From Candidatus Kuenenia stuttgartensis (GTDB lineage: Bacteria > Planctomycetota > Planctomycetia > Pirellulales > UBA1268), in assembly GCA_943332855.1 (NCBI GenBank), contig CALQRA010000002.1, forward strand, positions 19,154 through 83,153: a stretch of 64,000 nt of DNA. The letters are read 5' to 3'. This document shows positions 55,093-64,000 of the stretch, piece after piece. Numbering within the stretch: the stretch's first letter is position 1; the number at the start of each line of letters is the position of its first letter. Below the pieces are notes generated by a model, which saw only the letters and a list, made by a program, of their open reading frames with translations, did no database searches and had not been told where the DNA came from. The position numbers were made by a program, and so were the translations under genes.

Positions 55093-57081
55093 TCAGCTCT
55101 TCTTCGCCCACCGGGTGAGCTTGCGGTCGAGAGTCGATCGCTCGATGCCGAGCATCGCTGCCGCCTTTGTTTTGTTGCCGCCGACCGCAGCGAGGGTCGC
55201 CATGATGTGGCGGCGCTCCAGTTCCTCGATGGTCTGCGGTACGAACGCGCCGGTCGGCCCGCCCGTCCCGCGCCCCGTGCCGCGACCGGTGTCGCCGGAT
55301 GGTGCGAGTTGGCTCAACGCCAGATCCGACGTGTCGATCGTGTCGTGCGTGGAGAGCACGACGGCCCGCTCGATGCAGTTGCGCAGCTCGCGGATGTTCC
55401 CCGGCCACTGGTAGCCGAGGAGGGCCTCGAGGGCGGCGGGGGAGAAGTCGTGCACACCCCGCCCCGTCTCGGCGGCGAACCGGGCGAGGAAGTGCCTGGC
55501 CAACGGCTCGATGTCCTCGCGCCGGCGCCGCAGCGGCGGCACGACAATCTCCACCACCTTGAGACGGAAGTAGAGGTCACGACGGAACTCATTGGCCGCC
55601 ACCGCCTCCTCGAGATTGCGGTTGGTGGCCGCCACGACGCGGACGTCGACCTGCACCCGCTGGCTGCCGCCGACACGCTCGAACGAATGCCCCTCGAGAA
55701 CACGGAGGAACTTCGCCTGGATCGTCTGGCTCATCTCGCCGATCTCGTCGAGGAACAGCGTTCCCCGGTGGGCAGCCTCGAACTTCCCCGCCTTCCGTTC
55801 GGTGGCGCCGGTGAAGGCGCCCTTCTCGTGCCCGAACAGCTCGCTCTCCAGGAGCGTTTCGGTCAGCGCAGCGCAGTTGAGGCAGACAAACGCCGCGGTG
55901 CGGCGGTCGCTGGCGTCATGGATCGCCCGGGCGACGAGCTCCTTGCCGGAGCCACTCTCCCCGCGCACCAGCACCGTCGCCTTGGTCGACGCGACGCGGG
56001 CGATCTGGCTGACGATATTCGACAGGGCCGGACTCCCTCCCACCATCCGCGACTCCTCCCGGAGCCGCTGCCGGAGACGTTCATTCTCGTCGGAGGTGCT
56101 CGCGAGGCGAACGGAAAGCCGCTCCCGCGTCGAGAGATTCTCAACAGCGATCCCCAGGGCGTCGCAGACCGCCATCACGAACTCGAGGTCGTCGGGGGTC
56201 GCTGGTCGGCCGCCGGCGGCCTGTTCGACATGGAGGACGCCGACCGGCCGCCCACCGACGCGCACCGGTGCCGAGATCGCCGAGCGTGAATCGTCGACCG
56301 CGGCCCCGGCAACCGGGGCTTGCGGCGCACGCCCGACGAGGATCGCCTCGTTCGAGGCGAGGACAGTTGCCACGGCTCCGGCGGGGAGCCCGCCTTCAGG
56401 CGGCCACCCCGGGGGCGCTGCCGCCGCCGGCACGAGCGACGCCACACCGGTGGGCGCCCGCCATTCCGCCGCCGGTCCGAGGGGAGGGAAGAGAACGACA
56501 CCATGGGGGGCTCCGGCACCATCCATCGCGGCATCGAGCGCCAAGCGGGCCACCTCGGCGATGTCGGTCGCGCGGGCGAGGGCGAAGGCGAGCCGGCAGA
56601 GACTGGCCGCAGCCTTGCCGACGCGGGGCACGCTGCCGGCCGATTCACCGATGTCGTCGAGAAGCCGCGTCTTGTCGCGGCGGAGCGTGATCGCATCGGA
56701 CCACTTCCGCATGTCACTGGTGACTTCGGAGGTCTCCGTCGCCTCGTCGGAGAGCCCGGACAGGTCGGTCGGCGGATCCCCTTCGCCGAATACGATCTCC
56801 GCCCCGCCGATGCGGATCGTGTCCCCCGCGGCGAGCGTCCGCTCACCGACGATCGGCTCGCTCCCCACGATCGTGCCGTTGCGGCTGCCGACGTCCCGCA
56901 CCACCCAGTTGGGGGCCACCGCCATCACCTCGGCATGGAAGCGGCTGGAACGCTCGTCGTGGAGGACGATGCTGTTGGAGGGCCCACGGCCGATCGTGCA
57001 CGGCTGCCCCGGGTAAAGACGGACAACGCTGTGGCCGACGGTGGGATCGAGGACGAGCAGAAAGGCGGGATTAGATTCCAT
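55093..57081 (-). CDS. Sigma-54-dependent transcriptional activator: FHA + GAF + AAA+ (GAFTGA) + Fis-type HTH
   Basis: ATG 57081. FHA: CTIGRGPSNSIVLHDERSSRFHAEV...VRDVGSRNGT. A GAF-like middle follows. AAA+: VLVRGESGSGKELVARAIH, ESELFGHEKGAFTGA, LFLDEIGEM. C-terminal HTH: NKTKAAAMLGIERSTLDRKL. Confidence 0.85.
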   Translation of the reverse strand: MESNPAFLLVLDPTVGHSVVRLYPGQPCTIGRGPSNSIVLHDERSSRFHAEVMAVAPNWVVRDVGSRNGTIVGSEPIVGERTLAAGDTIRIGGAEIVFGEGDPPTDLSGLSDEATETSEVTSDMRKWSDAITLRRDKTRLLDDIGESAGSVPRVGKAAASLCRLAFALARATDIAEVARLALDAAMDGAGAPHGVVLFPPLGPAAEWRAPTGVASLVPAAAAPPGWPPEGGLPAGAVATVLASNEAILVGRAPQAPVAGAAVDDSRSAISAPVRVGGRPVGVLHVEQAAGGRPATPDDLEFVMAVCDALGIAVENLSTRERLSVRLASTSDENERLRQRLREESRMVGGSPALSNIVSQIARVASTKATVLVRGESGSGKELVARAIHDASDRRTAAFVCLNCAALTETLLESELFGHEKGAFTGATERKAGKFEAAHRGTLFLDEIGEMSQTIQAKFLRVLEGHSFERVGGSQRVQVDVRVVAATNRNLEEAVAANEFRRDLYFRLKVVEIVVPPLRRRREDIEPLARHFLARFAAETGRGVHDFSPAALEALLGYQWPGNIRELRNCIERAVVLSTHDTIDTSDLALSQLAPSGDTGRGTGRGTGGPTGAFVPQTIEELERRHIMATLAAVGGNKTKAAAMLGIERSTLDRKLTRWAKKS

Positions 57082-57369
57082 CGGCCCATTCAGGTCTCGA
57101 AGGCGAGGCGCGGCCCATGACCGAGACCGGCGAATGGGCGCCTGTGCATGATGCATCAGCCGGAGGGGATTTGCGAGCCGAGGGCCCTCGCCATCGGCTC
57201 CCGCCGGGCGGCTGGAGGGAAAAACCGGCCAGACCCCCAGTTTTGCCCGTCGCAATCGGGTTTGCAGAACAAACCCCGGCCGGTCTACGATTGCCGCGAA
57301 ATGCGGGATCACCCCGTTTGTCAAGCCCCCGTGCCTCCCAGTCACGGGTTTCCCAGCCGGAGGACGTCC

Positions 57370-58815
57370 ATGACACGCCAGGCACCGCATTCCCATCTCG
57401 TTGCCCCGCCGTCCGCCGGCGGAAGATCTCTGGCGACGACCCGGGGCCTCGGGCGGCACGATTCCCTCGGCACGTCGGGCTGGAGCCGCCCGGTGGCAGC
57501 CCTGCTGGCGATCATCCTGTCATGCGCTGGCACCGGATCGGCCGAGGCGCAGTTCCTCGGTGGCCAGGCGGTCGGCGGCATCTCGATCGACGCCGACGGC
57601 ATCGTCCGCAACGTCGATGCGAAGATCCTCGACGAACTCTCCGCCACCCGCCGCAAGGCCTTGGCCGGCGGCGGCCCAAAGCAATCAAAGGATGGCCTGC
57701 GGAAGGTGTCGTTGGCCCGTCTCACGAAGGCGGTCGAGGCGGCCGCAGCCGGCACGGCGCCCCTTCCGGCGGATGTCGCACTGATGGGCGGGCTCGAGCG
57801 GATCACCCATGTGTTCGTCGATCCCGACGGTCATGACATCGTGCTCGCCGGTCCGGCCGATGCAGCGCGCGTCGATGCGGCCGGCAACGTCCTCGGCGCG
57901 TCGAGCGGTCGCCCGCTGCTCCAACTCGAAGACTTCATCGTCGCCCTCCGGGCCGTCGACGGAGCCCGAGAGGGGGGGATGCTGTGCTCGATCGATCCAG
58001 CCCCCGAGCGCGTCGCCGACCTGCAGAAGTTTCTCAAACTCCAGCAGGCCAGTGCCGCCGATCCGGCCGGAACGCTCCGGAAGATGGAGGAGGTTCTCGG
58101 TCCGCAGAACGTCCGCATCGGCGGCGTGCCGACCGACAGCCGGTTCGCCCGCGTGCTCGTGGCCGCCGACTACCGACTGAAGCGGATCGGCATGGGCCTC
58201 GAGCCCTCCGGACTGAATGACCTTCCCAGCTACCTGGCGACGGTTCCCGCCAACGCCAGCGTCGGCACGCTCCCCCGCTTCTGGCTCGAGGCGTCGTATG
58301 ACCCGATCGCCCGCGACGCCGACGAGCTCGCCTTCCGGCTCTCCGGCCGAAAGATCGCCTGCCTCACCGAGAACGACGTGTTCGCGAAGGACGGCGTGAA
58401 GCGCGGGGCCGGCCCGACCGACAAGGTGGCGCAGAAGTGGTGCGACGGCTTCAGCGCGAAGTACGATGCCCTCTCCGCGAAGCATCCGGTGTTCGCCGAA
58501 CTGGCCAACTGCGTCGATCTCGCCGTTGTCGCCGCCCTCATCCAGGGGCAGCAGCTCGACCGCAAGGCGGGCCTCGATCTGTCGGGGCTCCTCGATGCCG
58601 ATCGTGTCCGCCTCCCGACCTACGACGCTCCGGCCACCGTTCCAACCGTCGCCAGCGGGGTGAAGAAGGGGGGACGGTGGGTGGTGAGTGCCTCCGGCGG
58701 CATCCAGTTCCAGCCGTGGGGATTCGCAACGAACACGGTCGAATCGGATGATATCGCAACGACGCGCACCGCAGCCCTGAGCGCCCGGGCCGACACCGCT
58801 TGGTGGTGGGACTGA
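57370..58815 (+). CDS. Secreted hypothetical protein (DUF1598-like, planctomycete type)
   Basis: ATG 57370 with signal VAALLAIILSCAGTGSAEA. GGISIDADGIVRN... and the overall pattern are recalled from DUF1598. Family call is from memory only. Confidence 0.55.
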   Translation: MTRQAPHSHLVAPPSAGGRSLATTRGLGRHDSLGTSGWSRPVAALLAIILSCAGTGSAEAQFLGGQAVGGISIDADGIVRNVDAKILDELSATRRKALAGGGPKQSKDGLRKVSLARLTKAVEAAAAGTAPLPADVALMGGLERITHVFVDPDGHDIVLAGPADAARVDAAGNVLGASSGRPLLQLEDFIVALRAVDGAREGGMLCSIDPAPERVADLQKFLKLQQASAADPAGTLRKMEEVLGPQNVRIGGVPTDSRFARVLVAADYRLKRIGMGLEPSGLNDLPSYLATVPANASVGTLPRFWLEASYDPIARDADELAFRLSGRKIACLTENDVFAKDGVKRGAGPTDKVAQKWCDGFSAKYDALSAKHPVFAELANCVDLAVVAALIQGQQLDRKAGLDLSGLLDADRVRLPTYDAPATVPTVASGVKKGGRWVVSASGGIQFQPWGFATNTVESDDIATTRTAALSARADTAWWWD

Positions 58816-58817
58816 CC

Positions 58818-59513
58818 TCAGCCCACTCCTCTCCCTCTCCCTTTCGGCGCTCTCAGCTTCGACCCGCGTGCCGGAGCGGCCCAGCGGACCCTCGCCACGC
58901 CTGCCGCTGCCTCGGGAAACCACCCGTCGACCCAGCCGAGGCCGGCCAGCGACGCGAGATTCGTCTCCCGGGCGGCTCCCGGTGGCCGCGGCGGGGGGAC
59001 ACTCTTCGCCAGGAGGAGGTCGCAGGCATGGGCGGCAGCCACGATGGCGGCGAGCGAATCGCTCGTCACGCTCCACGATGCCGGGATCCCCGCGCCTCGC
59101 GCCGGGTCGGCCGCCAGCCAGCCGGCGATGTCGAGCACGGCGTGGCGGTCGATCGGCCGCGTCACCAGCGGCAGGCCGAGCGTGAAGGCGACGAGCCGGG
59201 CCGTGATCCCCATGCCGTCAATCGCCAACCGATGGACGAGGCGCTGATCGAGGGGGCGCGTCCGATCGATGCCACGCAGCCCCTCGACGATGCCGCCACC
59301 GCCGACGACGAGCGTCAGCGGCGGGCTGGGCCCGCCCCCGAAAGGCGCTTCGAGGAGAAGGCCGACGAGCTCGGGCCACTCGGCCCGCTCAAGGAGGCTT
59401 CCGCCGAAGCGGATCACCTCCGGCGCCCCGGTAGGCGACGAGCCCAGCGCCTCCCCCGAGGCATCCCCCAGGTCGCCAAACCACCAGCCCGATCGGCTCC
59501 GGTAGGGAGTCAT
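58818..59513 (-). CDS. Amino-acid-kinase-fold protein (MfnE-like / H4MPT-methanofuran cluster kinase)
   Basis: ATG 59513 overlaps the upstream stop (ATGA). VIRFGGSLL ... LVVGGGGIVEGLR is a glycine-rich aspartokinase/uridylate-kinase-fold N-terminus. The C-terminal part has SVTSDSLAA. Confidence 0.55.
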   Translation of the reverse strand: MTPYRSRSGWWFGDLGDASGEALGSSPTGAPEVIRFGGSLLERAEWPELVGLLLEAPFGGGPSPPLTLVVGGGGIVEGLRGIDRTRPLDQRLVHRLAIDGMGITARLVAFTLGLPLVTRPIDRHAVLDIAGWLAADPARGAGIPASWSVTSDSLAAIVAAAHACDLLLAKSVPPPRPPGAARETNLASLAGLGWVDGWFPEAAAGVARVRWAAPARGSKLRAPKGRGRGVG

Positions 59514-60583
59514 CGCAGCTCTCCCAGCGCGACCAGCGCCAGAGCATGCGCCGGAGCGGCCCTCGAGAGTGCCCCCCCAAGCCGCTCCTCGAGATCGACC
59601 GCCGGGGCGAAGATCCCGGCCCGCTCTAAAGCGCGCTTGGCCAACACGGCGCCGTGCCCGGAGACGACGACACGCTCGGGCGAGCGATGCGCTCTGGCGC
59701 ACACACGGCGGATCGCCCCGGCGACGAGGCGCACCTGCACGGCGGCCGGGCGATTGGCCGCGAGCGTCGCCTCATCGAGGCTGACCTCGGCCGGCTCGAC
59801 GAGGACCTGATGAGCCAGGCGAACCCTTGCCCCCTCGCGGGTGGCGGGGCGGCCGTCAGCGGTGTCGCCCGACGCCTCGTTCTCGGGGATCCCGCCGAGG
59901 AGGAGCCAGGCGTCCTGGGACGATGCGTAATGTTCGGCGGCCAGCGGACGGCGCCGGCCCGCCAGCGGCAGGGAACGCACCAGCGCGGCCAACGGCGTCC
60001 GCTCAATCCCAGTGTAGACCAATTCGCCGCTGGCCATCCTCCCGGCATCGTCGGTCGCCGCTGGGCGTGCTCCCTGGCGGTCGAGGAGGAGGATGTCGGT
60101 CGTCGTCGAACCGACGTCGATGAGCAACCCATCGTCACATTCTGCCGCGGCGGCGGCGAGCCGGGCGAGGACATGCCAGTTTGAGGCGGCGGCGGCGCGG
60201 GGGGCGGCAAGGACGACCTCGGGGGCGACCAGACGGCCGTCGACGAGATAGATGCCGAGGTCGGCCTCCACCGCCCCCGCGGCGCTGTGCAGCGCGGCGA
60301 CGATCGCGGCCACCCCCGCCGCGCGGTCGGGGAAGCAGTCGGCGATCTCGCCGGTCATTGTGGCGACGATCCGCTCGGGGTGCCAGGCCGCCGCGATCGC
60401 CGTCAGCCGACCGGCAAGCTCGTCGGGGCGGCGCCACAGCGCGAAGGTCTCGGCGTGCACGCGGCCACGTCCATCGGCTGCCTTGAGATTGGCACCACCG
60501 ACATCGAAGGCGAGGACCCGGCCGGCGGGTGATTCAGCGCGGTGTCGATCCATCAAGAGCCCCATCCCCGACGGCGAAGGCAC
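59510..60583 (-). CDS. Hydantoinase/oxoprolinase-like ASKHA protein (H4MPT-linked C1-transfer pathway protein type)
   Basis: VLAFDVGGANLKAA, ATMTGEIADCF and LLIDVGSTTTDILLL are ASKHA phosphate-binding motifs, arranged as in the TIGR03123-type proteins of H4MPT clusters. The start is ambiguous (ATGs at 60583, 60565, 60553). Confidence 0.65.
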   Translation of the reverse strand: MPSPSGMGLLMDRHRAESPAGRVLAFDVGGANLKAADGRGRVHAETFALWRRPDELAGRLTAIAAAWHPERIVATMTGEIADCFPDRAAGVAAIVAALHSAAGAVEADLGIYLVDGRLVAPEVVLAAPRAAAASNWHVLARLAAAAAECDDGLLIDVGSTTTDILLLDRQGARPAATDDAGRMASGELVYTGIERTPLAALVRSLPLAGRRRPLAAEHYASSQDAWLLLGGIPENEASGDTADGRPATREGARVRLAHQVLVEPAEVSLDEATLAANRPAAVQVRLVAGAIRRVCARAHRSPERVVVSGHGAVLAKRALERAGIFAPAVDLEERLGGALSRAAPAHALALVALGELR

Positions 60584-61565
60584 CGTTCGCTCCGGTCGAC
60601 GCCCCGGGCCAAGTCAACGGATCGCCGGCGGCGATCGCCAGCATCGCGCGCAGCAGGCTCGCCGTCCCGAGGGTCGAAAGCCCCACGAACGACGTCGTCA
60701 TCCGCGGATTGATCTCAAGAACACGATCGTCACATCCATCTTCCCGATCGCCGAGGATCATGTCGACTCCGACCCACCCACCGGCCCGCCGGACCGGCGA
60801 TTCGAGCCCCCGGATGGCCCGACGGGCCAGGGCCATGGCCCGGTATTCGAGCAGCTGCCCCAACTGCAGATCGCCCCCCAGGTAGCCGGGATGGATCCCC
60901 GTGGAGAACCGCTGCCGGACCGGCGGCAGGGCGATCATCTCGGCGGGGCCGCACAGGCAGGAGACCCCCACCGGCACCCCGGCGACGAACGCCTCGACCC
61001 GGCGGGGGAGCGGGGCAGGGGGGAGATCAGCGCCGCGCGGCACGACGACGAGCCCGTCACCGCCACAGCGGTCGAGGGCCTTGGCCACGGCCGGCCTCCG
61101 GAACGCGTCGGGGAGCCGTTCCCCGGCCGGCAGGAGACACCCGGCCGGAACCGCCACGCCGGCCCCCGCCAGCGTGAGGACGGTGGCCTGTTTGTCGGCG
61201 GCAAGGGTGATGAAAGACCCACCGGCAGCGGCCACGCGCCCGCCCGCCGCACGGGCCAGCGCCACGCGGTCGGCGAGGATGCCGTCGGTCTCCGGCGCCA
61301 CGATCAGCGTCCAATCAGCCCCGGCCGCCGCCGCCGCCAGGCTTCTCCGCTCATCTCCGTTCGGGACGCGGATCACCGTCACCCGATCGTGGCCGACTCC
61401 CGGTGGTAGCGGCAGAGTTGCCGCGCCGTCGAGGAGCAGTGTCAGTTCGAGGTCGTCCGCGCGGAGGCCATCGCAAAGCAGCGCCTCGAGCAACGCCCGT
61501 CCCTCGACGGCAAGGCCTGCCGCCACGCCCCCGGCATCCCCGCCGACGGCGGCCGCCTCCGGCAT
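60534..61565 (-). CDS. ATP-grasp enzyme (MfnD/MptN-like)
   Basis: ATG 61565. The C-terminal ATP-grasp core ends with GWVGVDMILGDRE....RVLEINPRMTTSF (the E-x-N Mg-binding motif). Confidence 0.6.
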   Translation of the reverse strand: MPEAAAVGGDAGGVAAGLAVEGRALLEALLCDGLRADDLELTLLLDGAATLPLPPGVGHDRVTVIRVPNGDERRSLAAAAAGADWTLIVAPETDGILADRVALARAAGGRVAAAGGSFITLAADKQATVLTLAGAGVAVPAGCLLPAGERLPDAFRRPAVAKALDRCGGDGLVVVPRGADLPPAPLPRRVEAFVAGVPVGVSCLCGPAEMIALPPVRQRFSTGIHPGYLGGDLQLGQLLEYRAMALARRAIRGLESPVRRAGGWVGVDMILGDREDGCDDRVLEINPRMTTSFVGLSTLGTASLLRAMLAIAAGDPLTWPGASTGANGAFAVGDGALDGSTPR

Positions 61566-61624
61566 CCGCAGCCCTCCCGAGCAGCACCATTCGTGGAGCA
61601 CGACCCGCACGGGGAGAGGATCCC

Positions 61625-62395
61625 TCAAAAAATGCCGAGTTGATCGCGGGCGTCGTCGGTCATGCGGTCGGGAGTCCAGGGGGGATCCATGACGATCCGC
61701 ACCTCCACCCCCGCCACATCGGGATGGGCCGCGAGCGCCCGCTTCGTGTCGCCGATCAGTTGCGGACCGGCCGGGCAGGCCGGGCTTGTCATCGTCATGT
61801 CGACCGATACCTGCTGCTTGCCAGGGATCTCTGCCGAAGCAGCGAGGGTGACGCCGTAGATCAACCCCAGATCGACAATGTTGACGAACAGTTCCGGATC
61901 CTTGACCTGCTTGAGCAATTCCCGGACGCCGTCCTCGCAGAGTGCTCCGGCGGCGGTGGCAGACGGAGCCGTGACGACGCCCCCTGTCGACGACAGGGTG
62001 GCGGCGGGGGGCGGAGCGATCGGGAGGCCCGTGGCCGGTTTCGCGACAGGGGCTTGGGCCACCGGGCCATCGGCGCCGTGACCGCTCCGCAACCGCACCC
62101 ACACCCCCCCGGCCTCGACTTTGACATCGTGAGCCCGCGTGGCCCGGACTGCCGGCATCGAGAGGGCCGCTCCGGTGCGGATGTCGAACTTCGCACCATG
62201 GCGGGAACAGGCGACCTTGTGACCGACGATCTCCCCAGAGGCCAAGGGCCCGCCGTCATGGGTGCAGACGTCGTCGAGCGCGTAGAACGCCCCCTCGACA
62301 TGGAACAGGGCGATCAATTCGCCATCGACCTCAACCACAGTCGACCCCGGATCGGGCAGTTCGCCTGCCGTGGCCACCCGTACGAAATCAGCCAT
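61625..62395 (-). CDS. Fusion of Rieske-type [2Fe-2S] ferredoxin domain and DUF59 (SufT/MIP18-like) Fe-S assembly domain
   Basis: N-terminus: CTHDGGPL...(17)...CSRHGAKF (C-x-H / C-x-x-H Rieske ligands). An Ala/Pro linker follows. C-terminus: VKDPELFVNIVDLGLIY...MTMTSPACPAG (DUF59 signature Cys). Confidence 0.8.
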   Translation of the reverse strand: MADFVRVATAGELPDPGSTVVEVDGELIALFHVEGAFYALDDVCTHDGGPLASGEIVGHKVACSRHGAKFDIRTGAALSMPAVRATRAHDVKVEAGGVWVRLRSGHGADGPVAQAPVAKPATGLPIAPPPAATLSSTGGVVTAPSATAAGALCEDGVRELLKQVKDPELFVNIVDLGLIYGVTLAASAEIPGKQQVSVDMTMTSPACPAGPQLIGDTKRALAAHPDVAGVEVRIVMDPPWTPDRMTDDARDQLGIF

Positions 62396-62509
62396 TGCTC
62401 ATCCTCCCGGAATCGGATTCCAGCCACGCCACTCTCGCCAGCGTTCGTTTTTTCGCCGCCGACAGCCCCGGCACTTCCGCCAGCCACCACAAGGACGGCG
62501 GCCAGTCCG

Positions 62510-63886
62510 TCAGGAGACCCGTCGGATCCGCCCACCGATCGCGGCCGAGAGCGCCTCGCGCACCGGGGGGATCGTGATCCGGTCAAACACCTGCTGAAAA
62601 AATCCGGCGACAACGAGCCTGGCGGCCTCGTCGGCTGTCAGACCCCGGGCCTGGGCGTAGAAGATCTGCTCCTCATCGACCCGGCCGCTGGTCGCGCCGT
62701 GGGTGCAACGGACATCGTCGGCCTCGATCTCGAGGCCGGGGATCGAATCCGAGCGTGCCTCGCGCGAGAGCATGAGCGTGTCGTTCCGCTGATAGCCGTC
62801 GGTCTTCTGAGCCGCCTTGTCGACCTTGATCATCCCGCGCCACACCAACCGTGATCGGTCCTGGAGCGCCCCCTTGTAGAGGAGATCGCTGTGGCAACCC
62901 GGTGCCATGTGGTGCTGGAGCGTGTTGTAGACGAGTTGCTGGCGCCCCTCGGTGAACATCACGCCGTTGACCTGGGCGTCGGCGCCTCGACCGACGAGCG
63001 CAACATCCTGCTGGACCTGCGACAGCCGACTTCCGAGGGCGGCGAGCGTCCACTGGAGCTTGCCACCGGCCTCGACGACGGCCCGCTGGCGGGCGAAATG
63101 CCACACCCCGCGGTTCCAATTCTGGAGATTCACCATCCGCAGCGACGCCTTGCGACCGACGATAATTTCGGTGGCTCCGCAGTGGAGGCCGGCATCGGCG
63201 CCCGTGTCGCCCCCACCGACCGTCTCCGTGAGCACGGTCGCCTCCGCCCCCTCGTCGAGGACGACGAGGACATGGCTCGTGTCGAGGCCACCGGGGCTGA
63301 TCGCGGAGAGGACATGGAGCGGTGCGGTCAGCCGCACCCCGGCGGGCACCCACAGCACGGCCCCGGCGCGGTGGAAGGCGGCATGCATGGCGGCGAACCA
63401 GTCCGCGCCGCCATCGACGGCGGAGAACCAGCGCCCCCGGAGTTGCTCCCCGTGTGTGGCCAGGATCCGCTCCGGGGTACCAAACAAAACCCCCTGCCCA
63501 GCGAGGGCCGGATCGAGCTCATCGCGGACGACATGCCCGTCGAGTGAGGCGATCCGGCCACCGAAGGCCTGGGTACCGACCACCGCGGCGGCCGCCTGCG
63601 TGGCCGACTCGAGGAGCGCCTCAGGGAGCGATCCCCCAGGGGCCGTGGTCTGCTCCGCCGCACCAACCCAGGCGCGCGGTTGGAACATCCGCAGGTCGGT
63701 GCGCATCCAGTTCTCTTCTCCCCGGCCGGGGAGGGAGAGAGCGGTGAGCCGATCGACCGCAGCCCGACGGAGCGCGATGGCCCAGTCGGGGAGCGACGAA
63801 CCAGCTAGCAGCCGGTCGAGGAGGTGACGGTCGAATCCCGTCGGAACGGGGATCGTGGCAGGGGGAGTGGGGGTGGCGGTCGTCAT
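62510..63886 (-). CDS. sufD: Fe-S cluster assembly protein SufD
   Basis: 458 aa. It has a beta-helix-type SufB/D core and the C-terminal region DALFYLRSRG-type motif (EEQIFYAQARGLTADEAARLVVAGF). It sits directly downstream of the sufB 3' end. Confidence 0.85.
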   Translation of the reverse strand: MTTATPTPPATIPVPTGFDRHLLDRLLAGSSLPDWAIALRRAAVDRLTALSLPGRGEENWMRTDLRMFQPRAWVGAAEQTTAPGGSLPEALLESATQAAAAVVGTQAFGGRIASLDGHVVRDELDPALAGQGVLFGTPERILATHGEQLRGRWFSAVDGGADWFAAMHAAFHRAGAVLWVPAGVRLTAPLHVLSAISPGGLDTSHVLVVLDEGAEATVLTETVGGGDTGADAGLHCGATEIIVGRKASLRMVNLQNWNRGVWHFARQRAVVEAGGKLQWTLAALGSRLSQVQQDVALVGRGADAQVNGVMFTEGRQQLVYNTLQHHMAPGCHSDLLYKGALQDRSRLVWRGMIKVDKAAQKTDGYQRNDTLMLSREARSDSIPGLEIEADDVRCTHGATSGRVDEEQIFYAQARGLTADEAARLVVAGFFQQVFDRITIPPVREALSAAIGGRIRRVS

Positions 63887-63914
63887 GCTGTGTTCGTCGT
63901 TGGTCGACCGGGGT

Positions 63915-64000
63915 TCACCCGACAGACCCCTCCATCTGCAGTTGGATGAGTCGGTTCATCTCCACCGCGTACTCCATCGGGAGTTCCTTGACGAGCGGCT
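63915..64000 (-). CDS. sufB: SufB, C-terminal end only (gene continues beyond the window)
   Basis: The minus-strand translation ends ...PLVKELPMEYAVEMNRLIQLQMEGSVG*. This matches the conserved SufB C-terminus (LP.EFAVE...L....LEGSVG). Confidence 0.8.
   Translation of the reverse strand, partial: PLVKELPMEYAVEMNRLIQLQMEGSVG

Overview
High-GC bacterial chromosomal window. The gene content looks like Planctomycetota: a DUF1592/DUF1552 pair, a DUF1598-like protein, PEP-CTERM proteins, PATR repeats, H4MPT/methanofuran-type genes and many TPR proteins. This lineage call is an inference, and every product call rests on motif and architecture recognition by eye, with no database search. I can support about 45 CDSs, one tRNA-Glu(CUC) with a candidate promoter and terminator, one frameshifted PEP-CTERM gene that the ORF track misses, and several repeat or operator-like elements. 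Housekeeping genes: pyrB-pyrC-NYN, threonine dehydratase, sufB(partial)-sufD-Rieske/DUF59, a HAD phosphatase, an MCP and a Ser/Thr kinase. Five loci deserve a second look. (1) 4.1-10.4 kb holds a three-gene module in which all three proteins carry HlyD-type membrane-fusion domains. It consists of 2xGAF-MFP, MFP, and a PqqD-like/M50-protease/MFP fusion. No transporter is adjacent, which suggests an uncharacterised peptide processing and export machine. (2) 52.7-57.1 kb holds an FHA-GAF-sigma-54 activator upstream of PEP-CTERM cargo genes. An 11-bp x5 tandem repeat there reads, on the gene strand, as four phased sigma-54 -24/-12-like elements. The inverted repeat ATTGCG-N12-CGCAAT lies just upstream of it and recurs upstream of a second PEP-CTERM gene at 22.2 kb. 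(3) 43.3-47.3 kb is an AT-richer islet with a putative polymorphic toxin, two immunity-like genes and a DUF2283 remnant pair. (4) 10.4-12.8 kb encodes an inverse-autotransporter-like protein with a beta-helix passenger. (5) 58.8-61.6 kb holds methanofuran/H4MPT-type cofactor genes placed directly downstream of suf genes. Many long ORFs in the track are antisense artefacts of the high GC content and were rejected.
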